From NCBI RefSeq assembly GCF_039654945.1, contig NW_027361687.1:5518001-5582000 (forward strand): DNA of 64,000 nt. The letters run 5' to 3'. The translations under genes and the position numbers were made by a program. How positions within the stretch are numbered: the first letter of the stretch is position 1; each line of letters opens with the position of its first letter. Below are positions 27,330 through 40,808 of the stretch, one piece after another. This DNA comes from Dendrobates tinctorius (lineage: Eukaryota). The notes under the pieces were generated by a model, which saw nothing but the letters and a program-made list of their open reading frames with translations, did no database searches and had not been told where the DNA came from.

Positions 27330-27609
27330 TATATAAAAAAAAGTAACAAGAAAAGCAGCACTCACACGATCCTTCTTTAAAGATGTCGTTTTAATCCATA
27401 AAACCACGTCTTGAATAAAAACATGGACCCATAGAAACACCAGCAAGGCGTAAAATGGCCGAAGTCCGGCAGGTCTCACTGTTCATGAAATAATTCTCCT
27501 GACTCCTGCACCCGTGCAAATATCAATGTAACCAAATTTATGGATTAAAACCACATCTTCAAAGAAAGATGGGATGAGTGTTGCTTTTCTTGTTACTTTT
27601 TCTGATATA
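27330..27609. mobile_element. Short fold-back relic, possibly Penelope-like
   Basis: ~70-bp imperfect inverted repeats (AAAAGTAACAAGAAAAGCAGCACTCA...TTTTAATCCATAAA and its reverse complement). Confidence 0.45.
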
Positions 27610-28242
27610 GCAGAAACAGTTAAACTCACACTCCATTTTGTAGTCTACAGAACAGCAAGAACGAACACAGAATATTAGTGTTCCGATGCAGGTGGTGCGG
27701 TGTCGTCACTGCATAGCTCTTCCAGTGCTGAGAAGCTAACTGTACCAGCTGACTCTCCATGATTTGTGGTTAGGTGAGTGCATAGTGTTTATATTTTTAG
27801 TTTATGAGTCAGTATTTGAAAGGGAATATAAGAACAATATACTGTGCGAATATACCTACTGTAGGACCTTTATACTGTGTAGGAGATATCATTCTAAGTG
27901 CGGCCTGTGTGGTTGGCTGGAGAAATTGGGCCATCATGCTGTGTGTGTGGGGAACTATGATGGCATCATATTGTGTGGTGTGCAATGAAAGAGGTTTTGA
28001 TGGCCACCATACTGTGTTGAAGCTGAGGAGCTGCATCACACTGTGAGGGAGACTGTAGGGGAATCATACTGTGTGTGTAGGTACCATTGTAATGTGTGCT
28101 GGGAAATGTGAGTGCCTCATATTGTCTGGGAGGACTGTATGGGCATCATACTGTGTGCGCAACACGGTACCAGTCACCTTGCTGTGTGTGTAGGGCTGTT
28201 GGCCATAATACTGTGTGTGGGACCCGTAGGACACCATCATAC

Positions 28243-29209
28243 TGTAAGCAGGTTGCGGGATGCAATGACAGTCAGAAGGCAGAGCAAGAGTTAATAACTT
28301 TACTTACACAGGGGAATACTCCATGCAGGGAGGTAAACAGTTAAATGAGGGAATAAATGGTTCAATTTGGAAAGGATATGCAGAGTTCAGGAACAATGAA
28401 TCAGGTAACAGCAGTTCTTGTGAAACATTTAACGGGTCAGAAGTACCTCAGACTGTGGCTCCTGCTGGGAAGTCAATAGCACCAGCAAGAGCTGGCGCGG
28501 TGCTTATCCAGGAAGGTCATGTAGGCAACGAGGATCTGTCTTCTGGTGGCAATGGTCGGTCTCCGGTTCCTTCCACTGAGACCCTAGTCCATAAGCTGAT
28601 GCGGCCGAGTCAATTAAGACCGCAGCGCTGTCCGGGTCCAACGTAGACATGCAAGTATCAACTGGCAAATCAGGGTGCAAGTGTCTATCTCGTACGTGGT
28701 TTCTCTTATGTGGCACATGCGCTGTACTCATGGACACGGAACGTACGGCACCTTGCTCTCTGGTAGTGACCGGGCACCCTGCACCTCTCTCTTAAGTCCC
28801 CACGGTTGGCGGTGGGGATTAACGGACGCAGGCCTGCACCGTACCGGTGCACTGGGGACAGAGAACTACTCTCAGCCTGCTGCACACCACCTGCCTGCGC
28901 TAAATCTGTCTCTAGGCCATCGAGCCTGCCTGCTGCAGTCAGTCGCAGCGTCGGTAGTTAGGGTGCAGAGCGCGCTGTCTGCCCTGCTGCTCGCATGCTG
29001 ATAGCGGCGGCCTCTCTGCAGCTTTGCACGCTTTCTCCATCAGTTTCCAGCTGGGTTCTCTCACCAGACACGCCCCCTCTTCCTGGGTCATGGAGCTTGT
29101 CATGGGGCCTGTCCGGTACCCTATTCCTTTCCACAGGAAATAGGGAAGGCAGCCTCAACAGTGCCGGTCCCAGCAATCAGGTACCCTCAGCCCAGTCTTC
29201 TTCCTTACA
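28243..29209. mobile_element. Solo LTR (967 bp)
   Basis: TGTAAG...CTTACA termini with 4-bp TSD ATAC, inserted in a degenerate CATACTGTGTG minisatellite. Confidence 0.8.
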
Positions 29210-30886
29210 ATACTACGTATGGGGTCCTGGGAACATCATACTATGTGGACTGCTTTGGTATCTGTGTACTGTATGTGTAAGGGGGTGAGATATAATGTCT
29301 TGCTTTCTCCCCTTCCCTCTGATTGTCTTCCGGTTCTTAATGTTTACTGATGTGTTTTATGATAATTGTCTGTGGTACTGCTACATCTATAACTATGTAT
29401 TACTGCTCATTGTTTATGGTATTGCCACATGAATGTGTTACCGTTTTATAGAAAACTGTAATATATTGGCTAGTATTCCTGCATTATAGTATTGCAGATG
29501 TTAAATGCCTTTTGTACATGTACAGTTAGGGAAAGTTAGTGCATCCTTTCTTGGGACATTAGAGGAGGGCACTCTTAGTACATAGTCTCCCCATAAACTG
29601 GGTAGATGTAATTATGTTGCCGGCCACTAGGGGGGTATACTAGTGGGGCCTGATAGGATGTTCATAGAGGGTTAATTGTAGGAGGGGCTGCTGAGACTTA
29701 AGGTTAGTGCTGAAGAGTGGTTAAGTCAGACGGGGCCAGGGTGCCCAAGTGTCCACATGGGCTATAGGCCTGGACAGCTCGGCAGCTACCAGCGGGCCAG
29801 TACAGGAAAAGGAAGATGTGGCGTCTGATGGCCTGGGCCACTGCTTTTAGGGCAGAAGTCGGCTGAAATAAGAAAATGAAGGGAGTTGGAGCTTCGACGA
29901 GATCAGGACAGATGGGCTAGATGCTTTACCAGGGGCCACCAAATGTAGTGACTAGAGTTGAGCAAAATAGGTCGGCTAGATTCATAAGTCTCTGACTTGT
30001 GCCAAAGTCGGGTTTCACCAACCGAAACCTGACCATAGCGTTAAGTCAGCCATGCAGTCAGCAAGACGAGCGCCAAAGTCGGATTTCCCAGAATGCCAGG
30101 TGCCTTTTTTTCAGCCAATGAGCAAGGATGTACACTGCGGGCAATGAGATGACATGTGAAGCATCCACCACCATCATAGAGAAGGGCATTGCAGTGATTG
30201 GCTTGCTTTTGGTGTCATAGTGGGTGTCATAGTGTCTATAAAAGCCCTGACCGCCGACCTCCATTTTACTTCTGCCTATCTTAACAGTAGGGAGAGGTTG
30301 CTGTTTATCAGTAGGGAGAGAGATAGGGCTGTAAAGATATAAGAAGTTCTTATGTGCTTGTGCTGATAGCAATTGTGCTGTACAGTTAGTGTGCAGTGAC
30401 AGGGGAGGATTTTCTAGTGTGTAGCAGCGCTGGTTATTAGGCTGCCTGATAGCTGTATTGCTGTGTGTATACTGCTGTGCAGACTGCTTTTTACACAGCA
30501 CTAATACTTTTATTCTTTTTTTCTGCACAGTTGCTGACCGTTCATTTTTTCCCACACCGTATAGAGCTGTACGCTCCTCACACACTACCGTGTACCAGCT
30601 GGTATCACAGACAAATACATGCTGAGTGACTATCTGTGTGTGACTCCGGAAATATATATGGAGATTTAAATTTCCCCCTACACCGTATACAGCTGTAGGC
30701 TCCTCATACAGTACCGTATATCTGCTGTTTGTATTACGGTCAAATACAGACTGAGTGAGCGTCTGTGTGTGACTCCGGAAAATAAATACAGAGATTTAAA
30801 TTTTCCCCTACACAGTATAGAGCTGTACACTCCTCACACACTACCGTGTACCAGCTGGTATCACAGACAAATACATGCTGAGTGAC

Positions 30887-33800
30887 ATAGTTGTCATGGG
30901 AGATTTCAACTATCCAGACATTTGTTGGGAATCTTTCTCAGGCAAAACTAACAGGTCAAGGAAATTCTTATCCTCTCTTGCTGACAACTTTATCTTCCAA
31001 AAGGTAGGGAGAAAACAAGGGGAACTGCTACCTTGGATCTAATCCTTATAAACAGGGAGGAAATGGTTGAGGAGGTAAAAGTGGCTGGGACCTTAGGAGG
31101 TAGCGACCATGCTATTTTAGAATTTTGGATAACTAGAGGCGGAAGACCTGTGAAGACTCAGACGTCAAGGTTAGATTTCAGAAAGGCAGATTTTAAGGGA
31201 TTCAGAAAGAGAATTGGAGGGATCCAATGGCTGGATATCCTTAAAGACAAAAATGTCCAGGAAGGATGGGAAATCTTGAAAAATGAAATTCTCAAAGCAC
31301 AGTTGTTAACAATTCCGAAAAGAGGGAAGAATAGGAAGCATTTAAGGAAACCAGGATGGATGAACACAGAACTTAAGCACATGCTAAAAAGGAAGAAAGA
31401 AATGTTTATAAAATGGAAAGAGGGAGGCATATCTAAAGAAGAATATAATGCTGTCTGCAGAACCTGCAGGGCACAAATCAGATTAGCTAAAGCTGAAAAT
31501 GAATTGAGGCTTGCAAGAGATGTCAAAAGCAATAATAAAGGATTTTGGGGATATGTCAAAAGTAAAAGAAAAGTCAAAGATGCTATAGGATTTTTACAGG
31601 ATGACAATGATGAAATGGTAAGACAGGATGTTGAGAAGGCTGAACTTTTAAATTCCTATTTTGCATCTGTTTTCTCTCAGAAAGGAAATGTAACATCAAC
31701 TGTTCTTCACTGTCCTATTAAGGGAATAGAAGAATCCAGGATATCTATAAACAGAAAGATAGTGAGGAAACACTTAGCTAACCTAAATGAATTCAAGTCT
31801 CCAGGTCCAGATGAATTACACCCCAGAGTACTGAAGGAGGTAGCAGAAGAAATTTTTGAACTCCTCTCCAAATTCTTGGAGAACAGGAGAAGTGCCAGAA
31901 GACTGGAGAAGAGCAAATGTTGTTCCTATCTTCAAAAAGGGGAAGAAGGTGGACCCAGGCAACTATAGGCCGGTGAGTCTGACTTCTATACCAGGAAAGA
32001 TCTTTGAACAAATTATTAAACAGCATGTATGTCAATACCTGGATAAGAATGAAGTGATTAAACAGAGTCAGCATGGGTTTGTAACTAATAAGTCTTGTCA
32101 GACTAACTTAATTTCCTTCTACGACGGTATCACTGATTGGGTGGATCAAGGAAATGCTGTAGATATAGTATATCTTGACTTCAGCAAAGCATTTGACAAA
32201 GTCTCTCATACAATCCTTATTGAAAAAATGACTAAGTATGGAATGGACAAGGCAACTGTTAGGTGGATTCATAACTGGCTTAGTGATCGGACCCAAAGAG
32301 TGGTCGTAAATGGCTGCACATCCAGTTGGAAGAATGTCTCAAGTGGGGTACCACAGGGCTCTGTCCTGGGCCCTGTATTGTTCAACATCTTTATCAACGA
32401 TTTAGATGAAGGAATTGAGGGTAAACTGATTAAATTTGCTGATGACACTAAGCTAGGAGGGATAGCTAATACTAGAGAAGAGAGAGAGAGGATTCAAAAA
32501 GATTTAACCCTCCGTCAGGCGCAATAGATCTGACAGGCACACAGTAATTAGTTTCACTTCTCTCTCCTTGCCCACTTATCAGAAAACCCCACCCCTCCTA
32601 GTTATCTCCTGACTCTACAGGCTCTGTGAAACCTGATATAACAGTGACTCAGCAGACCTTCTAGTGAGCAGATATCAACACTTTGGCTTCTCAGGCACAT
32701 TGCGCCTGATTTCAACACAAATTGAAAGGTTAGTATTTTCTTTTTTTATTCATCACGATTGTGTATTTAGCTTGTTTTATGAAGGATTAATGCTAAGTTA
32801 GTATACATAAGTACTGTTTTCTTAGACAAAAGGAGGGTGGCTTCTAAGGCACATTGCGCCCTAACACATACTCTTTCTCTCTTGCTTCAGATTTTCTGCT
32901 GCAATGCCCAGAAAACAGTATGATTCATCTAAACCCCTTCATTTAGAAGAAATGAAGATTTTTTTGTTAGAAGATGATGAGGAAGAACCAGCAGTAACTG
33001 AGGATTTAGAGGAATCTAGTGACATTTCATCTGAAGATGAGGTAGCAGAATGTAACACTGATTCTGGAACAGAGCAGGATGGTGATGACACTGATACAGA
33101 GGAAACAGACACAGATCTAGCTTATTATTTGGGCAAAGATAAAAATACAAAGGACGTCCCAAGGACGTTCCAGAACAAACACCGACTCTACCACCTTCTA
33201 AAAGACGCAGTTGTACTACCTGCTCATTTGTATCTGGTTTCAGAAGGCTTTCTAAATATGACTGCAAAATATGTAAAGAATCAATCTGCCTTTCCCATGC
33301 AACTTTCGTCTGCCAGCCTTGCTTTTCTAAGTGTACCTGTGCTGTACTGCTGCAATTGAAACCACTGAAGATGAGTAGAAAATAATTAAGTAACATCTAA
33401 GTGCAATATCCTTTAAGTTTTTTTCCATAATTTTATATTTAAGCAATAGTTAAGTAAAGATAACTGGAGCCTATTTGGCGGTACTACCGAAAAGTGGTAC
33501 TTTTAGTTTTAATAAGTTTATGGTTAATAAATGTTTTTTTTTGCATCTGATTTGGTGTAATCTCTTTTAATACATTCCTATGAAGGTCACTGACTACTTC
33601 TATAGTCCTGAAATTGAAATATGTAGCTACTATAGGTGGTTTTCTGACCTGTGCTTGTCAGGCACATTGCGCATGAACTGAGGAGAATCTATATTGCGCC
33701 TGACGGAGGGTTAAATAAACTGGAGAAGTGGGCAGCAACTAACAGAATGGTTTTTAACAGGGAGAAATGCAAAGTACTACATCTGGGCAATAAAAATGAA

Positions 33801-34518
33801 AAAAGCATATACAGAATGGGAGGAATAGGGCTAAGTGACAGCACATGTGAAAAAGACTTGGGTATACTAATAGATCACAGACTGAATATGAGTCAACAGT
33901 GTGATGCAGCAGCAAAAAAGGCAAATGCCATTCTAGGATGTATTAACAGAAGCATACAGTCTAGATCACGTGAAGTCATTATTTCCCTCTACTCCTCTTT
34001 GGTCAGACCTCATCTGGAATATTGTGTCCAGTTATGGGCACCACATTTTAAAAAAGACATCAACAAACTGGAGCAAGTTCAGAAAAGAGCGACCAGAATG
34101 GTGACCGGTCTGCAAACCCTGTCTTATGAGGAAAGGTTGCAGGATTTGGGAATGTTTAGTTTGCAAAAGAGAAGACTGAGAGGAGACTTAAAAGCTGTCT
34201 ACAAATATCTAAAGGGCTGTCACATTGTAGAAGGATCAACTTTATTCTCATTTGCACAAGGAAAGACTAGAAGCAATGGGATGAAACTGAATGGGAGGAG
34301 ACACAGATTAGATATTAGAAAAAACTTTTTGACAGTTAGAGTGATCAATGAGTGGAACAAGCTGCCACGAGAAGTGGTGAGTTCTCTTTCAATGGAAGTC
34401 TTCAAACAGAGGCTGGACAGACATCTGACCGGGATGATTTAGCGAATCCTGCTTTGAGCAGGGGGTTGGACCAGATGGCCCAGGAGGTCCCTTCCAACTC
34501 TACGATTCTATGATTCTA
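30887..34518 (+). mobile_element. CR1 LINE, 5'-truncated within the endonuclease domain
   Basis: ORF2 motifs [76 protein letters not shown]; (GATTCTAT)n-type tail; frameshifts near 31010 and 31870. Confidence 0.95.
32508..33710 (+). mobile_element. Internally deleted piggyBac element (1203 bp) inserted in CR1 ORF2
   Basis: TTAA TSD on both sides; 19-bp perfect TIR CCCTCCGTCAGGCGCAATA; acidic N-terminus from ATG 32904 joined out of frame to a Cys-rich domain CTTC...CKIC...CLSH...CQPC. Confidence 0.93.
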
Positions 34519-35160
34519 TGACTATCTGTGTGTGACTCCGGAAATATATATGGAGATTTAAATTTTCCCCTACACCGTATACAGCTGTAGGCTCCTCATA
34601 CAGTACCGTATATCTGCTGTTTGTATTACGGTCAAATACAGACTGAGTGACTATCTGTGTGTGACTCTGGAAATATATACGGAGATTTAAATTTTCCCCT
34701 ACACCGTATATAACTGTATGTTCCTCATACAATACCGTATATCTGCTGTTTGTATTATGGTCAAATGCAGACTGAGTGAGCGTCTGTGTGTGACTCTGGA
34801 GATATATACGGAGATTTAAATTTTCACCTACACCATATACAGCTGTACGCTCCTCATACAGTACCGTATATCTGCTGTTTGTATTACAGTCAAATAAAGA
34901 CTGAGTGAGCGTCTGTGTGTGACTCTGGAAATATATATGGAGATTTAAATTTTCCCCTTCACCGTATACAGCTGTATGCTCCACATACAGTACCGTATAT
35001 CTGCTGTTTGTATTACGGTCAAATACAGACTGAGTGAGCGTCTGTGTGTGACTCCGGAAATATATACGGAGATTTAAATTTTCTCCTACACCGTATACAG
35101 CTGTACTCTCCTCATACAGTACCGTATAGCTGCTGGTATTTTTGGTGCATTTTTCCAAAC

Positions 35161-38100
35161 ATGAGGAAGTATGGTGGAAGAGGCCATGGACATGGGCGGG
35201 GGAGGCAGCTGGTACTGATGGTGGTGGTGGTGCATCTGCTGGCAGAGCCAAAAGCACAATAGCACCTTAGGCAGGAGGTGTTGAGCCTGTGTCATTGTCT
35301 GGCTCCAGAAAGCCTTTAAGGCTCCCTTTTCTGCTAGTAGGTAAACCGCTTTTAAAGCCGGAGCATCAGGAACAGGTTTTGGCTTACATTGCTGAAATAG
35401 CCTCCAGCTCTATCGCCTCCTCTTCTGAAGTTTCAAAAACTGCAAGCACTGAGTCGTCAGTGCAGGCTCCTGGTCAGGAACAGCACCTTTCCTTGTGTCC
35501 TTCACCCCCACCAAAAGTGAAGGATGCGGCAGGCCACACTTTAGATTTCTCCCTGGAGCTCTTTTCACATACCATGCCTAAGTTATCAAGTGGAATCCTG
35601 AATTCCCCAGTCCAAGATGAATATGACATGGCGTGCACTGATGCACAGCCAGTGCTATATGATTCTGCTGGTACATTCACCCAGAGCACTGCATTGCCCT
35701 CACAGTCTACTGAGCCAGATTCTGACCCTGATGAAACTCAGGTGCCCCTTCCCGCATACTATACCACCTTACATGCTTACACAGAGGAAGGTGCAGATGA
35801 AATTGATGAGGGGGTGATGGATGACCCAGCTGTTGACCCGGATTGGCATTCATTGGGGGAAGATGGTGCCGCTGGCAATAGCTCAGAAGAGGAGGAGGAT
35901 CCGCAGCAGGCATCGATATCGCAGCTGCGGTTATCTGGCAGGCCCGTAGCAGTCCAAAAACGTGGAACAAAAACTAAAAGAGTTGCAGGACAGCTTGACC
36001 AGATGGTCAAATTAGCACAGCTTGCAAGGTCTGAAAATTTTTCCCATAGTAGGAAGAGTGCAGTGTGGCACTTTTTTGACCAAAATCCTACTGATGAGGC
36101 AAAGGTTATCTATAAGAAGTGCGGAAGGACCTTTAGCCAAGGGAGAAATATCAGAAATTTGAATACCAGTTGCATGCTTAGACACGTAAACACCATGCAG
36201 TTGCAAGCGTGGACGGACTACAAAACCTCAGGTAGCATACGTGCACCTGCTCCTACTGAAGGTAGCCAGCAATGCTTCATCGCTTCCCCCACTGTAAGCC
36301 CCCCAGTTAGCACACCACCAACAAGAAATGTTGAGGTGTCATCGCAATGCCAAAGCAGTCAGGGAATCACAATGTTTTCCCAACGAAAGACTGCATCTAG
36401 GCCATCACCAACCCCCTTTCAGCCCACCATGTCCACCGTTATTTCCACCATATGCAGCTCTCAAGTCCAGCTCACCCTAGCAGAGAGTAGGACAAGAAAG
36501 TACTCATCCGCGTACACTAGCTTTGAATGCCTACATTGCCAAACAGATCTCATTAGAGCTGATGCCCTTCCGTTTGGTTGAAAGCACAGCATTCCGAGAG
36601 CTCATGGCCTACCCTGTCCCATGCTATGACCTACCCAGTTGGCACTTCTTTTCTAGAAAAGCCATCCCTGTCCTCCACCTGCATGTGAAAGACCGCATTG
36701 TCCATGCACTTAAACAATCAGTGAGTGGAAAGGTGCACCAAACAACAGATGCATGGGCAAGTAGGCATGGCCAGGGCTGTTACGTGTCCATCACTGCTCA
36801 CTGGGTGAATGTGGTCGATGCAGGGTCCACAGGGGACAGCGGCGGTGGGACAGTGCTGCCTAGTCCACGGTATAGGCAACAGTTGGCTGTAGGTGTTCGA
36901 CCCTCCACCTCCTCCTCCTCCAGAAGCGAAAGCTCGTCCACAGAGCGCAGTCGCACGAGCACTCCATCCGCAGCTGCCAGTGTTGCACACAAGGTGTACC
37001 ACTATCGAACAGCTAGTGGTAAGCGTCAGCAGGCTGTGTTGAAGATGATGTGTTTGGGAGACAACAGACACACCGAGGAGGTACTGGCCGACTACTTGCA
37101 GCGACAAACTGAGTCATGGCTGGGCAGTCTACATCTTGAGGCAGGCAAGGTAGTTAGTGATAACGACCGGAATTTTGTGGCGGCCATAGCCCTCGCAAAA
37201 CTCAGACACATACCTTGCCTGGCTCACACCTTGAACCTGGTGGTGCAGTGCTTCATAAATTATTATCCGGAGTTAACACCCCTGTGCCATAAGGTGCGAA
37301 GACTGTGCTCGCACATCCGTCGGTCGCCTGTACACTCCGTTCGTATGCAGAAGCTGCAGCGATTGCTCCACCTCCCCAAGCATCGCCTAATTATCGACGT
37401 TGCAACAAGGTGGAACTCCACCATGCACATGGTTGAGAGGCTTTGCAAACAGAGGCAGGCTGTAATGCATTTGTGGGAGGATACATGGGCAGGCAGTTTG
37501 AGGGCAGACATGGAGTTGTCGGGTGTGCAGTGGTCGAAGCTGAAATACCTCTGTAAAGTCCATCAGTGTTTTGAGGAATGCACACGGCTGGTAAGCGCAG
37601 ACGACGCCATCATAAGCATGAGCATCCCACTTATGCATCTGCTCATGCAAACTTTGACGCACATTAAGGAGCAGGCGTCTGCAGCCGAGGAGGAAGAGGA
37701 GGAGGGAAGCCTTGATGACAGTCAGCCATTGTCTGCTCAGGGAAGTCTCGTGGACGAGGTGAAGGAAGAAGAGGAAGAGGAGGAGGATGAGAGGGATGAT
37801 TATTTTGGGAGGAGGATGCTTTTCGGGGGCAAGAGAAAATATTGGATTGCCAAGGTCAGGTACAGGGTTTGTGCGTGACTGGAGGGATGTGGATTTGGCA
37901 GAAAGTGCTCCTCCACCCACCACTGGCAGTGCATCATTGACACCTGGAACATTGACCCACATGTGTGATTATCTCTTGAGGATCCTAAAATGGGACCCCC
38001 GCATTACCAAAACTATGAAAGATGACGACTACTGTTGGCCAGCATCCTCGAACCACACTATAAAGGCAAATTACAGAGCATCATGCCACAGGAGAACCTA

Positions 38101-38238
38101 GAGCTAATATTGGCGAACAAACAAGCAACTCTGATAACCCGTTTGTTAGAGGCATTCCCAGCACACAGCAGCAGTGATGTTTTTCCAACAAGCCATAGGG
38201 GGCAACATGAAAGAGGTGTTCGTGGTGCACACAGCTGA
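35161..38238 (+). pseudogene. hAT transposase pseudogene (BED zinc finger plus catalytic domain)
   Basis: KSAVWHFF (BED with mutated Zn ligands), LMPFRLVES, TTDAWAS...YVSITAHWV, VVSDN, HIPCLAHTLNLVVQ, DVATRWNST, ASILEPHYK. Several frameshifts; C-terminal dimerisation domain not seen. Confidence 0.9.
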
Positions 38239-39719
38239 AGTGGCGTTGGACACAGGGGGTTTCATGACCATGTTGTGGACTGAAGCATTAGAAATGGGGC
38301 CCATTATATATGGGCCCATAACACAGTGGAGCTTCATCCATGGGGACCAACATATACTGTAGCATTATGTGGAGCTCATCATATACTGTTTCAAACATTA
38401 TATGGGACCAATGATTCTGTATGGAGAAATAGATGGGCCTCATTACTCTGTATAGCGCACTATGCGGTGGCCATAATACTGTATGGAGTAATATACTGTC
38501 TGTTTTTGGAGCTATTGGAGAATTTAAAATGGATATCAGTCATGAGATGTAAGAAGTGAAGTAATTTTCATTGTACTATACTGCTATTTCTCTGCCATAT
38601 CAGAGGATCATGAATTGTGGCATGTGATAAAGGAGCCCATTGACACTCTTTGGCCCTGGGAACACGAAAATCTAGAGCCAGCCCTACTCCCCCCACAACT
38701 TTTGCTAAATAACCCCCAGTTTTCAATGCCTAACTATTATTACAAAGTAAATTAAGGTTGACAAGCTTAAGTAATAAGAATTGATGTTTTTGGCATTAAA
38801 ATGGGCACTCTAGGTATGTTTCCTGTCCTCCACTCACTGCCGACTTTTCTTCCCCATTGACTTGCATTGGGTTTCGTGTTTCAGTCGGCCTTCGACTTTT
38901 CACGATAATCGGCCGATTTCCTTCTACCCGACTTTTGAGAAAGTCGGGTTTCATGAAACCCGACTCGACCCGAAAAAAGGCAAAGTCGCTCATCTCTAGT
39001 CGTGGCTGAAAGAAGTTGCAATGTAAGTCGGGGTCCAATGGAAAAGACGGGAAAAAGTGAACAACTCCATCAGAAAGAACATCATCTGTAAGTCACCCTC
39101 TGTATCTGTACTGCAAGCTCTTACATGTTCTACAGAACTTATATCTACCACTTCAGATTTATCTTTCCTGTACCACTTCATGGTTACTCTATGGTGTTAA
39201 TATCAGTTTTGCTCTACGTATGGCATGGTAGTAGCTTACCAAAAGTTTTCTGCTCATGTGTACCTGAAAAAAATTTACTATTATTTATGCTACAAAGATT
39301 TTATTTTTTGGCTCCTGGACAGAAGATATCTCAAAATAATTAACATGCGTGTTTTTTTTCATTAAGACCATAGCTCCCAACCATCCCGATTCTTGCGGGA
39401 CAGTCCCGTTTTTGACACCCCCCACCCGCGTCCCACCCATGACGCTATTTTTCCCGCATTGCACTGAGCCGCCACACCCCCCCATGCACCGACCCCATCC
39501 TCGCCCCACCAGAGACCCACCGCAGCCTGCAATGATGTGGCTGGGCTGTTCTGTGGCTGCGCGCATAGGACCTGTGATGAGGTCACAGGTGGGGAGGAGT
39601 CAGGGGGTCACATGAGCAGGGGCCTCCGTGTCTGCAGGACTCTGCTTTGCTGGTTGTCATGGTGCTGGATAAGGTGAAGTTTCTGTGTGGGGTCAGGAGG
39701 GGTTTACAGTGTGGATGTA

Positions 39720-40500
39720 GCAGAGCTGTGCGTGCTCGAGGTGTATAGAGCGGAGCCGTGTGTGTATGAGGTGGACTTAGCGGAGCTGTGTGTGTACGAA
39801 GTGTGCGGAGCAGAGGCACATGTGCACAAGGTGTACAGAACAGAGCCACATGTGTGCGAGGTGTACGGAGCAGAGTCATGTGTATGAGGTATACAGAGCG
39901 GAGCTGCGCATGTACGAGGTGTACGGAGCCACGTGTGTATGAGGTGTACGGACCGGAGCAGCGTGTGTACGAAGAGGAGCCATGTGTAGGAGGTGTACGG
40001 AGGTGTATTGAGCGGAGTCATGTGTGTACGGGGCGTAAAGAGCGGAGCCGTGTGTGTACTGGGCGTACGGAGTGGAGTCGCGCGTGTATGAGGTGAGTGG
40101 AGCCAAACGTGTACGAGGTGTACGGAGTGGAGCCATGTGTGTACGGGGCGTACGGAGCGGAGTCACATGTGTACGAGGTGTACGGAGCAGAGCCGCGCAT
40201 GTACAAGGTGTATGGAGCGGAGCTGCGCGTGTATGAGGTGTACAGAGCGGAGCCACGCATGTATGAGGTGTACAGAGCGGAGCCACGTGTGTATGAGGTG
40301 TACGGAGCGGAGCTGCATGTGTGCGCAGCGGAGCCGTGTGTGTATGAGGTGTACGTAGCGGAGTCATGTGTGTATTTGGTGTACGGAGTGGAGCCGCGTG
40401 TGTATGGGGTATGCGGAGCAGAGCCGTGTGTGTATGGAGTGGAGCCATATGTGTACGGGATGTACGGAAAGGAGCCAAGTGTGTATGAGGCATACAAAGC
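39720..40500. repeat. 30-bp minisatellite (GTACGGAGCGGAGCCGTGTGTGTACGAGGT)n
   Basis: Roughly 25 degenerate tandem copies; 10-aa period in the ORF track. Confidence 0.9.
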
Positions 40501-40808
40501 GGGCTATTCCCACGAACACAGAAGTACACGGTGGAGCCCCGAGGAGCACTTTAAAACTCGCACATGACGGTCCACCAGATGTGATGTGCTGGAAGCTGAC
40601 CGGAAATGAGGTAATTTCATGAGGAGATTGTGACGGAACCAGGAATGCTTCAGATCCATCACCATGTCCTCCTCCGACAGTGCGGACAGCAGGATCGCCT
40701 TGGAATAGGGGATGCCGGCCATGTGAGCGGATCATGACATGTCCTGCACTGGGAGGCTCGGGTGGGCATTACAATAGGAGCCAGGCTGCTATAGTATCTT
40801 TATAGAAT

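Larger units (their letters stand above)
30550..35130. repeat. 129-bp tandem array upstream of the hAT transposase, split by the CR1 insertion (30550-30886 and 34519-35130)
   Basis: GGAGATTTAAATTTTCCCCTACACCGTATAC recurs every 129 bp (~34552, 34681, 34810, 34939, 35068). Confidence 0.9.
29953..38998 (+). mobile_element. hAT (Ac/ZBED-like) transposon, degenerate, with nested CR1
   Basis: TIRs TAGAGTTGAGC / GCTCATCTCTA; imperfect 8-bp TSD GTAGTGAC / GTCGTGGC; transposase pseudogene inside. Confidence 0.88.

Noticed and set aside
36523-37878. Domesticated ZBED host gene
   Set aside because: Frameshifted, flanked by TIRs and a TSD, with a paralogous element in the same window.
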